The notes below the pieces were generated by a model, which searched no databases, had not been told where the DNA came from, and worked only from the letters and a program-made list of their open reading frames with translations. From Terriglobia bacterium (GTDB lineage: Bacteria; Acidobacteriota; Terriglobia; Acidiferrales; UBA7541): DNA of 64,000 nucleotides. Position numbers and translations under genes: made by a program. Of this stretch, positions 47,333 through 56,244 are shown one piece after another. Positions within the stretch are counted from its first letter, which is position 1. The number at the start of each line of letters is the position of its first letter. The stretch spans positions 2,240,001-2,304,000 of the forward strand of contig OY968796.1 of the NCBI GenBank assembly GCA_963695545.1. The letters are read 5' to 3'.

Positions 47333-48385
47333 GTGTCGACAGTTTACAAATTAGATCCGTTGCGCGACCCTCGATGGAAAGCCCTGGTTGAGCGGCACCC
47401 GAGCGCATCGGTATTCCACACGACCGGCTGGCTCGAAGCCCTCCAGCGAACCTATGGGTATAGGCCGGTGGTGTTTACGACGTCGCCGCCAACGGGGGAA
47501 TTGCGCAACGGACTTGTTTTTTGTCGGATACGTAGTTGGATCACCGGGCCGCGAATGGTTTCACTTCCGTTTTCCGACCATTGCGAGCCATTGGTCAATT
47601 CCCCGGAAGAGCTTGCGTTCCTTCTGGATTACCTGCAGGCAGAAATGGAACACCAGGAATGGAGGTATTTGGAGGTCAGGCCGATCAATGGATGTGCGAG
47701 CCCAATAGCGAAGGAGAGCGGCTTCGGCGCCGCCAAGCATTACTACCTACATCGGATGGACATCAAGCCAAATGACGAGGACATTTTTCGGAGCCTTCAC
47801 AAGGATTCGGTGCAACGGCGGATCAAACGCGCAGCAAAAGCGGGGCTTGAATGCGAATGTGGGCGATCCGACAGGCTGTTAAAGGATTTCTACCATCTGC
47901 TATTGCTTACGCGAAGCCGCCATCGTCTTCCGCCGCAGCCATTCGCGTGGTTTCACAATTTGGCCTCCGCGATGGGCAGTTCGCTTGAAATTCGAGTGTC
48001 CTACAAAAATCAAGCGCCGACCAACGCCATTCTGACGCTGCGTTTTCGAGACATCGTTTATTACAAGTATGGGTGCTCAGATTCGAGGTTTAAGAATTTG
48101 GGCGCGATGCCTTTACTTCTGTGGCGCGCAATTCAGGAATCAAAAGCGGCGGGCGCAAATGAGTTTGACCTCGGCCGGTCGGAAATTGATAACGAAGGGT
48201 TAATCGCGTTCAAGAACCATTGGGTGCAGGACCACACTCAAATCGCCTATTGGAGATACCCTGCGCCCGATTCTATGGCTTTGGCTGGAGACTGGAAGCT
48301 GAATATGGTCAAACAGATTTGTGCGTGGATGCCGTACAGATTGCTTGCGATGACAGGAAACTTGCTTTACCGCCATATCGGATGA
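47333..48385 (+). CDS. FemAB-like GNAT protein
   Basis: FHTTGWL, SLPFSDHC, QRRIKRAAK, LLLWRAIQ, FDLGRS..NEGLIAFKNHW. Confidence 0.82.
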   Translation: MSTVYKLDPLRDPRWKALVERHPSASVFHTTGWLEALQRTYGYRPVVFTTSPPTGELRNGLVFCRIRSWITGPRMVSLPFSDHCEPLVNSPEELAFLLDYLQAEMEHQEWRYLEVRPINGCASPIAKESGFGAAKHYYLHRMDIKPNDEDIFRSLHKDSVQRRIKRAAKAGLECECGRSDRLLKDFYHLLLLTRSRHRLPPQPFAWFHNLASAMGSSLEIRVSYKNQAPTNAILTLRFRDIVYYKYGCSDSRFKNLGAMPLLLWRAIQESKAAGANEFDLGRSEIDNEGLIAFKNHWVQDHTQIAYWRYPAPDSMALAGDWKLNMVKQICAWMPYRLLAMTGNLLYRHIG

Positions 48386-48630
48386 GCAAGGATGGTTCAC
48401 GATTTTCATTCCACGCGAAGCATGCGAAGTCTCTCGACTGATCGATGGGCTCCGACGTTCTGATACTGGCACGCGTACACGAGCGATCCGTCAAGGTCAT
48501 GGAAATGCGCGCGCTCCGTCGAGAAAAATCCTCTTCACGCATGGATACCTCACCACGCGCGCGTGCGGAGCGCCGCTCTCCGAGAGGGCGTTACCGATAT
48601 GAAGCCGGTACAATCAGGCTGGCGAGACAC

Positions 48631-49551
48631 ATGGCTGAACCAGAGCGTATCTCAAATGCCCGCCCGCTATTCAGTATCGTCATAGCGGTCTACGACGATT
48701 GGGCGCTTCTCGATCAGTGTCTTCAATCCTTGGCTCAACAATCGAGCGAGGTGAGCTACGAAGTCATCGTCGTGGACGACGGTAGTAGAGATCCTGCCCC
48801 TGATTCAATCCGCCGTTGGATCGATTGTTATCCACTGATGGTCATTAGAGAATCGCACGCCGGAATCTCTGCCGCGCGAAATCGAGGCGTTCAGATTTCT
48901 AGTGGTGCGGTGTTGCTTTTCGTGGACGCTGATTGCAGGGTTCAGCCAAACTGTCTTGTGGCCCTCGCGTCGACCATTTCAAAATTTCCGCAGCAGAATT
49001 GTTTTCAGTTGCATCTCGTTGGAGATTGTTCGGGGCTGGTTGGGCGCGCGGAAGAACTGCGGCTGGCGACGCTTCAAGATCAGATGCTGCAGCAGGACGG
49101 CCGGATCCGATATCTAAATACCTCGGGATTTGCCATTCGGCGCGCCGCAGTAGACGTTGAGAATGGAATCTTCGATCCTATCGCCCTTCGGGCGGAAGAC
49201 ACGCTATTGTTGGCGACTCTGATTCAACGCGGCGAGCTGCCTCTATTTGTTACTGGCGCGTTCGTTCAACACGCGATTCGACTGTCTTTGCTACAGTGCA
49301 TTCGGAAGGATTTTCGGTCCGTCCACCTGGTCGGAAAGACGTATGACATCATCTCCTCGAAGGGCGTGAAATTTAGACTGAGTCATCGCGAACGTTTGGC
49401 GATGCTGCGATCGATGTGGAAAAGCTCCGGACGGGAATCGATCGGAAGGTCGGCATGGTTCGTAGTAACCGGGCGGCGAGCGCTGCGCCTGATCCTTTCA
49501 TTTTCTTACCGATGCTTCCACGGATTCTCGCAGAATTCCACGACGCTCTGA
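48631..49551 (+). CDS. Glycosyltransferase family 2
   Basis: FSIVIAVYD, VIVVDDGS, ARNRG, FVDAD, AEDT. Confidence 0.85.
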   Translation: MAEPERISNARPLFSIVIAVYDDWALLDQCLQSLAQQSSEVSYEVIVVDDGSRDPAPDSIRRWIDCYPLMVIRESHAGISAARNRGVQISSGAVLLFVDADCRVQPNCLVALASTISKFPQQNCFQLHLVGDCSGLVGRAEELRLATLQDQMLQQDGRIRYLNTSGFAIRRAAVDVENGIFDPIALRAEDTLLLATLIQRGELPLFVTGAFVQHAIRLSLLQCIRKDFRSVHLVGKTYDIISSKGVKFRLSHRERLAMLRSMWKSSGRESIGRSAWFVVTGRRALRLILSFSYRCFHGFSQNSTTL

Positions 49552-50042
49552 AATTGATCGGGAGCTTGCGAAATACTCTCGGGGTTCGCGGTCGGCGGCA
49601 GTCGGTTGCCACGCGAGGAGTAGCGCGGGAAAATTGGCGGCGCCGGGAATCGGAGTGCCTCCGCATCTTGATTCACAACGCCCGCTGAACCAGCTTGCAA
49701 TTCGGTCATTGGCATGCTATTTCGAGCGCTAAGCATGTTTGCGGGTATGATCGTAACGATGGAGTCAACTGCCTAGGGGTCTGAGGAAACTCGCGTTGAT
49801 GACTTTTTGCCGGAAGTAAAAATGGTGGAAAGTGGGTAGAGCGCAGCCGGTCTATATTTAGGCGAAATTGTTTCCACTCCCGGGGGCGGAATGGCTGCAG
49901 GAAACGGTCAATTCGGTACTAAGACACTTGTTTACAGCGACATACGAGAAGTCAGTAGTGGTCCGTCGATTGCTCTCTTCATGGTCAAATGCATGTCTAC
50001 TCGATCGCTACGAAGGAGACGGAGCCCGAACAGACCCCATTG

Positions 50043-51140
50043 ATGAGCGACACGACTGCAATCGGGGACGATGCCACTCGCCAGCTGGCGCGCATTTGGC
50101 AGGAACTCCTGGGCGTCGATCCGATAGGTCTCGACCAAAACTACTTTGATTTGGGCGGCGACTCATCGGTGGCGGTGCACGTATTCGCTCGGATCGAGCG
50201 AGAATTCAAAGTCAAGTTGCCCCTCGCCACCCTATTCGAGGCTCCCACCATCGAAGAGCTCGCGCAGGTTCTGCGTCGCGAGTCCTCACCATCCGGATGG
50301 TCGCCGCTTGTCGCTATTCAGCCGGCGGGAACGCGGCCTACTTTCTTCTGCATGCATGGGGCTGGCGGAAACATTTTGATTTATCGTGACCTCGCGCGCC
50401 GATTGGGCTCCAATCAGCCGTTTTATGGCTTGCAGGCTCCTGGATTAGATGGGAGTCGTCCTCTGCTGACGCGCGTGGAGGAGATGGCGGCCCTGTACGC
50501 GAAAGAGATTCGGAAGATGCAGCCTCGCGGGCCCTACTTCCTTGGCGGTTACTGCATGGGCGGAACCGTTGCGCTCGAGGTTGCGCAACAGCTTCAAGCG
50601 TGTGGAGAACAAGTGGCCTTGCTCGCGATGTTCGATACCATGGATTGGTCTAAGATCCCCATCCCGTCGTTCTTAGGCAAAGGCTACCAGTCCTTCCAGA
50701 GGCTCGCCTTCCACGGAGCGAATTTCTTCCGCCTGGACGGCCGCGGTAAGCTCCAGTTTTTTAAGGAAAAAATGAAAACGCTTCGCAGCCGAATCCCGGT
50801 GTGGCGAGGAATGCTACTGGCAGAATTCGCGAGTCAACCCCGTGCCGTTGCGTCAGAATCCCTCTTGCTCGCGAAGGTCTGGCAAACAAACGACCGAGCG
50901 TGCGTCAACTACCTCCCGCGACCCTACGCGGGAACGATCACTGATGTTCGCCCCCTGAAGCAGTATCGCGCTTTCAATAAAACCGACGCAAAATGGGATC
51001 AGCTGGCGAAAGGCGGACTAAAGGTCGTGGTGCTGCCGACGTATCCCGCCGGGATGCTTGTCGAGCCATTCGTCAAGTATTTGGCTACTGTCCTAGAGAA
51101 ATCGATTGACGATGCGATTGGAAGATGCGGAGATACCTAG
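50043..51140 (+). CDS. Standalone carrier protein (PCP) + thioesterase-fold didomain, copy 1
   Basis: NYFDLGGDS phosphopantetheine motif; GPYFLGGYCMGG (Cys at the nucleophile position); start 49989-50043. Confidence 0.85.
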   Translation: MSDTTAIGDDATRQLARIWQELLGVDPIGLDQNYFDLGGDSSVAVHVFARIEREFKVKLPLATLFEAPTIEELAQVLRRESSPSGWSPLVAIQPAGTRPTFFCMHGAGGNILIYRDLARRLGSNQPFYGLQAPGLDGSRPLLTRVEEMAALYAKEIRKMQPRGPYFLGGYCMGGTVALEVAQQLQACGEQVALLAMFDTMDWSKIPIPSFLGKGYQSFQRLAFHGANFFRLDGRGKLQFFKEKMKTLRSRIPVWRGMLLAEFASQPRAVASESLLLAKVWQTNDRACVNYLPRPYAGTITDVRPLKQYRAFNKTDAKWDQLAKGGLKVVVLPTYPAGMLVEPFVKYLATVLEKSIDDAIGRCGDT

Positions 51141-51184
51141 CAATTCCCAGGTGGATCCCGCCTACAAGGCCGTGGAGGAGTTGA

Positions 51185-52048
51185 ATGACGGCCGCCATTA
51201 GCTGGTCTAAGACTTGGACATATTTAGACGGAGTTTGGCACGAGGGGAACGTGCCAATCATGGGGCCGCGTACCCACGCCGCTTGGCTCTGCTCCGTGGT
51301 GTTTGATGGCGCGCGGTATTTTGAAGGCGTTGCGCCCGATCTCGATCTCCATTGCGCGCGCGTCAACGACTCCGCTGCCAAACTATTCCTGAAGCCGACG
51401 GTTCCGACGGAGACATGGGTCAAGCTAGCCTGGGAAGGGATCGCCCGGTTCGATAAGGATGCCCCGCTCTACATTCGACCAATGTACTGGGCAGAAAAGG
51501 AAGGTCCTTGGATTCAGGCGCACGAGCCGGAGTCGACGCGATGGTGCTTGACGATCTACGAAGCACCCATGCGGCCACCTAAGGGTTTCTCGGTGACACT
51601 GTCACCGTATCGCAGACCGACGCTCGACACAATGCCGGTTGATGCGAAGGCTGGATGTCTTTATCCCAATAACGCGCGGGCTCTTTTTGAGGTGCAAGCG
51701 CGGGGTTTCGACAATGCGATTGTATGTGACATGCTCGGGAATGTCGCCGAACTGGCCACATCGAACATTTTTATGGCCAAGAACGGTGTAGTGTACACGC
51801 CCGTTCCGAACGGAACATTTCTCGCGGGCATCACTCGCCACAGGGTGATCGGTCTGCTGCGTGGAGCCGGTGTGAGCGTAGTCGAGAAGGCGCTGGCGTA
51901 TCGAGACTTCAAGGATGCGGACGAGATATTCTCGACAGGAAACTATTCCAAAGTAGTTCCAGTGACGCGCATTGATGATCGTACACTTTCATTTGGGCCT
52001 TTGTATGCCAAAGCACGAGAACTCTACTGGGCGTTCGCGCATTCATGA
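51185..52048 (+). CDS. Class IV PLP aminotransferase (branched-chain amino acid aminotransferase-like)
   Basis: VFDGAR, LYIRP, DAKAGCLY, ELATSNIF, FLAGITR, ADEIFSTGN. Confidence 0.88.
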   Translation: MTAAISWSKTWTYLDGVWHEGNVPIMGPRTHAAWLCSVVFDGARYFEGVAPDLDLHCARVNDSAAKLFLKPTVPTETWVKLAWEGIARFDKDAPLYIRPMYWAEKEGPWIQAHEPESTRWCLTIYEAPMRPPKGFSVTLSPYRRPTLDTMPVDAKAGCLYPNNARALFEVQARGFDNAIVCDMLGNVAELATSNIFMAKNGVVYTPVPNGTFLAGITRHRVIGLLRGAGVSVVEKALAYRDFKDADEIFSTGNYSKVVPVTRIDDRTLSFGPLYAKARELYWAFAHS

Positions 52049-52150
52049 ACATCGTGCCATCCGGTCAACCGACGAGAAAGCACCCCGATCGTTAGCGCAC
52101 CGCTCAGACCCGGAAGGTAATATCTTCGATTCCATCTCGTCGCGTGGACT

Positions 52151-53200
52151 ATGACGTCTAAGCCCATCTCTTCAACTGCTGAAGTGCTGACGCCGATTTG
52201 GGAACGCTTGCTGCAACGGTCTCCGATCGGTGCCGACGATAATTTTTTCGATCTCGGCGGCGATTCGTTGCTGGCCGTTCAGCTTTTTGCGGAAATCGAG
52301 CGAGCATGTGGTCGGGACTTGGTTCCCGTGACAATTTATTGTGCTCCGACGATCGCTTCTTTGTCTGCGATTCTCGACGAGCCCACCGCGCCGCGTTTCC
52401 CGCCTCTTCTGCAATTGAAGGCTGGCACTGAAGCGTCGCCGGTTTTCGTTGCGCACGGCCTTGGCGGCACCGCCATGGATTTTTTCCAACTCGTGAAACA
52501 CATCCAAACGCAACGTCCCATTTATGGGATGCAAGCCAAGGGCGCCGATGGCGCCGACGAACCCTTCGACCGGATCGAAGACTTGGCACAATTTCATCTC
52601 GACGCAATTCAGCAATTGCAGCCCCACGGTCCCTACTTTCTGGTCGGTTACTCTCTCGGAGGACTTGTGACGCTTGAGATGGCGCAACGCCTAACGGAGA
52701 AGGGAGAAAACGTCGCGCTGCTGGCCATGCTGGAAAGTTATCCGCACCCGAGGTTCCTTTCGGCGGTAGAGCGCACGCGCCTCGCCACTCGCATGGCGAG
52801 GAGCCGCGCTTCGGCCGTCGGTCGATTGCCCATACGCAATGTACTTTCCTACATTATTCACCCGTCTGAACGCGGCTCGAGTGGGTCCCGAGATGGGAAC
52901 GGAGACGCAGCAGGCAAGCCGGCGGTTAGCGCATCCGTTTCGCCGACGATGCAACGCGCTCGTGATACTGCCTACACCGCTTTGACGCGATATCGCCCGA
53001 AGTTTTACAGCGGATCGATAAAATTCGTGAGGGCCGAGATCGTCTCCGACTTCCCTGATGATCCTGCCGCAATTTGGTCTAGCTTGGCCGGTAAGTTTGA
53101 AGTTGAGACGGTGCCGGGTGATCATCTCGGCATCCTCGGCATACACTTCGAGACCCTCGCCTCCGTAATTTCCCGTTACTTGGCCGAAGCCTCGTCTTAA
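52151..53200 (+). CDS. Standalone carrier protein (PCP) + thioesterase didomain, copy 2
   Basis: NFFDLGGDSL; GPYFLVGYSLGG; VPGDHLGI. Confidence 0.88.
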   Translation: MTSKPISSTAEVLTPIWERLLQRSPIGADDNFFDLGGDSLLAVQLFAEIERACGRDLVPVTIYCAPTIASLSAILDEPTAPRFPPLLQLKAGTEASPVFVAHGLGGTAMDFFQLVKHIQTQRPIYGMQAKGADGADEPFDRIEDLAQFHLDAIQQLQPHGPYFLVGYSLGGLVTLEMAQRLTEKGENVALLAMLESYPHPRFLSAVERTRLATRMARSRASAVGRLPIRNVLSYIIHPSERGSSGSRDGNGDAAGKPAVSASVSPTMQRARDTAYTALTRYRPKFYSGSIKFVRAEIVSDFPDDPAAIWSSLAGKFEVETVPGDHLGILGIHFETLASVISRYLAEASS

Positions 53201-53265
53201 CAGCGCAGCTGGAATTCGATGCTCTTCGCTCGGGCGCTCCAACTCTTCGCCGGCCCGGCTCCAGT

Positions 53266-54498
53266 CTAGAGCGTCACCGGCAGCGTCTTCAGCCCTCTGA
53301 ATCCGAAATTCGGCGCCCATTCCGGCTTCTGCGTCGCGAGCTGCATCCGCGGAAACCGCCTCACCATTCCCAAAACTGCAGCCTGCCCTTCCAGACGAGC
53401 CAATTGATTCCCGATGCAGAAATGCGCGCCGGCACCAAACGCCAGATGCTGATTGTTCACGCGTTTCAGGTTTAGCCGGTCAGGTTCGTCAAACTGTTCT
53501 GCGTCCCGGTTCGCGGCCCCGAGCATGCACAGAATTGTTTGCCCCCGCCGCAGCCGCACGCCGCAAATCTCCGCCTCGTCTTTTACAATCCGCGCGGTGT
53601 ATTGAATCGGACTTTCGTATCGCAGCATTTCCTCCACGGCCGTGCGAATTATTTCAGGATTTTCACGCAGGCCGCGAGCCTCGAGTGGATTCTGCAGTAG
53701 CGAGCACATTCCATTGCCAATCAGGTTTCGGGTCGTCTCGTGTCCGGCGAAGAGCAGCATTACGCACTGCGCGTAGAGCTCGTCTTCGGTCAACGTCTCT
53801 CCATCCGCCTCGATGTCAATTAAGAGGCTGATCAGGTCGTTGCCTTTGTTCCGCCGCCGCTCCGCCACAGCCTGACGAAAAAAGTCCGTCAGTGCAATCA
53901 CCGCCTGCTGCGCCGCCCGCGCCTCCTCCGGTGTGCGGTTCGGACTCCCCATGAAATTCGCGATCGCCTCCGACCACTCGATGAACCGTTCATGCAGCGT
54001 CTCCGGCACGCCGAGCATATCTGCGATAACGTGCACCGGCATCGGATAGGCGATCGCCCGCATCAAGTCCGTCTCGGTCACGCGCGTGAGCGGCGCGAGC
54101 ATTCGGTCCACGACCGCCTCGATTTGCGGGCGCAGCTCTTCCGCCCCCGCCGGCGAAAATCCCTTGTTCATCAGTTTTCGCAACCGCGTATGCTCGGGCG
54201 CGTCCATGAAAATCATCCACATCCCCATCATCCGCGCCAGGTCCTGAAACTCAGCCTGTTGCTCTGGCGGCATCGTAAGCAAAAGTCTTCCCGTCCGCCT
54301 TGCCGAGAGTCGCGCATCTCGCGTCGCCGCAGAGCAGTCCGCGTGGCTGATCACTGCCCACACCGCCCACATCCCACCGCTCACGTCCACGTAGTGGAGC
54401 GGCCCCTCCTCCAGGAGGCGCCGGTAGGTCGGATAGGGGTCTTGAACGAATTCAGGCGTAAACAGGATCTTCGGGGCAGGCGTTGCCGGTCGTGCCAT
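53266..54498 (-). CDS. Cytochrome P450
   Basis: DAPEHTRLR, AGHETT, EEMLR (ExxR), HLAFGAGAHFCIG. Confidence 0.95.
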   Translation of the reverse strand: MARPATPAPKILFTPEFVQDPYPTYRRLLEEGPLHYVDVSGGMWAVWAVISHADCSAATRDARLSARRTGRLLLTMPPEQQAEFQDLARMMGMWMIFMDAPEHTRLRKLMNKGFSPAGAEELRPQIEAVVDRMLAPLTRVTETDLMRAIAYPMPVHVIADMLGVPETLHERFIEWSEAIANFMGSPNRTPEEARAAQQAVIALTDFFRQAVAERRRNKGNDLISLLIDIEADGETLTEDELYAQCVMLLFAGHETTRNLIGNGMCSLLQNPLEARGLRENPEIIRTAVEEMLRYESPIQYTARIVKDEAEICGVRLRRGQTILCMLGAANRDAEQFDEPDRLNLKRVNNQHLAFGAGAHFCIGNQLARLEGQAAVLGMVRRFPRMQLATQKPEWAPNFGFRGLKTLPVTL

Positions 54499-54642
54499 CG
54501 TCGATCATCTCTCCGAACTTCGCGGAAATTGAACAGCTGCGCGAACCTGAATTTACATTGTTCAGTTACGAAATTCGAGGCGAATCGCTCGCCGTCGTTT
54601 CTCACGACCGTCGTAATATAGGACGTCTCATTACTCTCTAAT

Positions 54643-56190
54643 ATGAACGGCGCTGAAAGTCTAGTTCGCACGCTGATCGCTGCCGGAGTGGGCGCCTGTT
54701 TCACCAACCCTGGCACGTCCGAAATGCATATTGTTGCCGCACTGGACGGCGCGGCGGAAATGCATTGCGTGCTCGGCCTGTTCGAGGGTGTCGTAACCGG
54801 GGCCGCGGACGGCTACGCGCGCATGTCTGGAAAGCCGGCATGCACTCTGCTGCACCTCGGTCCTGGGCTGGCGAATGGCGGCGCTAATTTGCATAACGCG
54901 AGTCGAGCTCGCGTGCCGATGGTTAACATCGTCGGCCAGCATGCGATCCACCATCTGCGCTATGACGCGCCGCTTACCTCCGATATCGAAGCGATTGCGC
55001 GCCCATTTTCAAAATGGGTGTGCACATCGGTCGCCGCCTCGGATATAGGACGCGATGCTGCTCGAGCGATCGTCGCGGCGCGCACAGCGCCGGGGCAGAT
55101 TGCAACGCTGATCGTTCCCGCCGATGTCGCCTGGACCGACGGCGGCGCGATCGCTAAAATACCGGCTCTCCTGGAGCCGCCGTTACCATCGAGCGGCGCG
55201 ATTGACCGTGCGGCCTCGATGCTCCGGACCGGATTGCCCACCGCACTGTTGCTCGACGGGAATGCGCTGTACGGAAATGGGCTCATCGCGGCTGGGCGCA
55301 TCTCCGCGGCTACAGGCGCGAGATTGCTCGCGCCTTATCCCATTACCCGCGTCCAGCGCGGGGCTGGTACTCCTTCGGTACAGCGAATTCCTTATATGCC
55401 AGAGCAGGCCCTCGAGCTTCTCAAAGATTTTCGTCAGCTGATATTGGTGGGCGCGCCCGTACCGGTTGCCTATTTTGCTCGCCCGGGCAGAAGCAGCGAG
55501 CTGGTGTCTTCCGAATGTGAGATTCATGCGCTAGCGAGTCCGGGCGATGATTATCCTGGCGCTCTCGACGCGTTGGCGGTGGCATTATCGCTGCAAAACG
55601 GGGCGCGATCGCCGGAGAAGAAGATAGACCGGCCGCCCGCGCCAGCCGGCGAAATTACTCTGCCCGGTCTCGCAACTTCTATCGCGGCGATGTTGCCTGA
55701 GGACGCTATCGTAGTCGATGAAGCGATGACGTCGGGTCGAGGCATCATGGCGGCGACAAGCGGAGGCCCGCCACACGATTGGCTGGGGAATACGGGTGGC
55801 TCAATCGGTATCGCGCTGCCACTCGCTGTGGGCGCGGCGGTCGCGTGTCCCGCGCGGCGCGTGCTATGCCTCACGGCGGACGGCAGCGGAATGTACACGC
55901 CGCAGGCGCTGTGGACCATGGCGCGAGAAGGACTGAAGGTCACCACTGTGGTTTTTGCAAATCGTACATATGCGGTGCTTCAGCGCGAGTTTCTCAGCCT
56001 TGGTCTCGGCGCGCCCGGGCCGCGCGCCGCGGATCTATTCGATATCGGGCGCCCAACACTCGACTGGGTTCATTTGGCAAAGGGTCTGGGCGTGCCGGCC
56101 TGCCGTGTCACTTCGCTCGACGCATTCGCAAAAGCGCTGAGAGATGGATTTGACAGCGATGGACCTACGTTGATCGAAGTTCCTCTGTAA
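54643..56190 (+). CDS. ThDP-dependent enzyme, acetolactate synthase large subunit-like
   Basis: NPGTSE, FEGVVTGAADGY, LHLGPG, ADGSGMY...N ThDP motif. Confidence 0.85.
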   Translation: MNGAESLVRTLIAAGVGACFTNPGTSEMHIVAALDGAAEMHCVLGLFEGVVTGAADGYARMSGKPACTLLHLGPGLANGGANLHNASRARVPMVNIVGQHAIHHLRYDAPLTSDIEAIARPFSKWVCTSVAASDIGRDAARAIVAARTAPGQIATLIVPADVAWTDGGAIAKIPALLEPPLPSSGAIDRAASMLRTGLPTALLLDGNALYGNGLIAAGRISAATGARLLAPYPITRVQRGAGTPSVQRIPYMPEQALELLKDFRQLILVGAPVPVAYFARPGRSSELVSSECEIHALASPGDDYPGALDALAVALSLQNGARSPEKKIDRPPAPAGEITLPGLATSIAAMLPEDAIVVDEAMTSGRGIMAATSGGPPHDWLGNTGGSIGIALPLAVGAAVACPARRVLCLTADGSGMYTPQALWTMAREGLKVTTVVFANRTYAVLQREFLSLGLGAPGPRAADLFDIGRPTLDWVHLAKGLGVPACRVTSLDAFAKALRDGFDSDGPTLIEVPL

Positions 56191-56244
56191 CCGCTCGGCT
56201 CTCAACTCACACTCCGCGAAGCTCCGCCCCGGGAAAACGCGCTT

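Noticed and set aside
49710..49724. Possible sigma54 promoter TGGCATGCTATTTCG before the PCP-TE genes
   Set aside because: The -12 position reads CG rather than the required GC.
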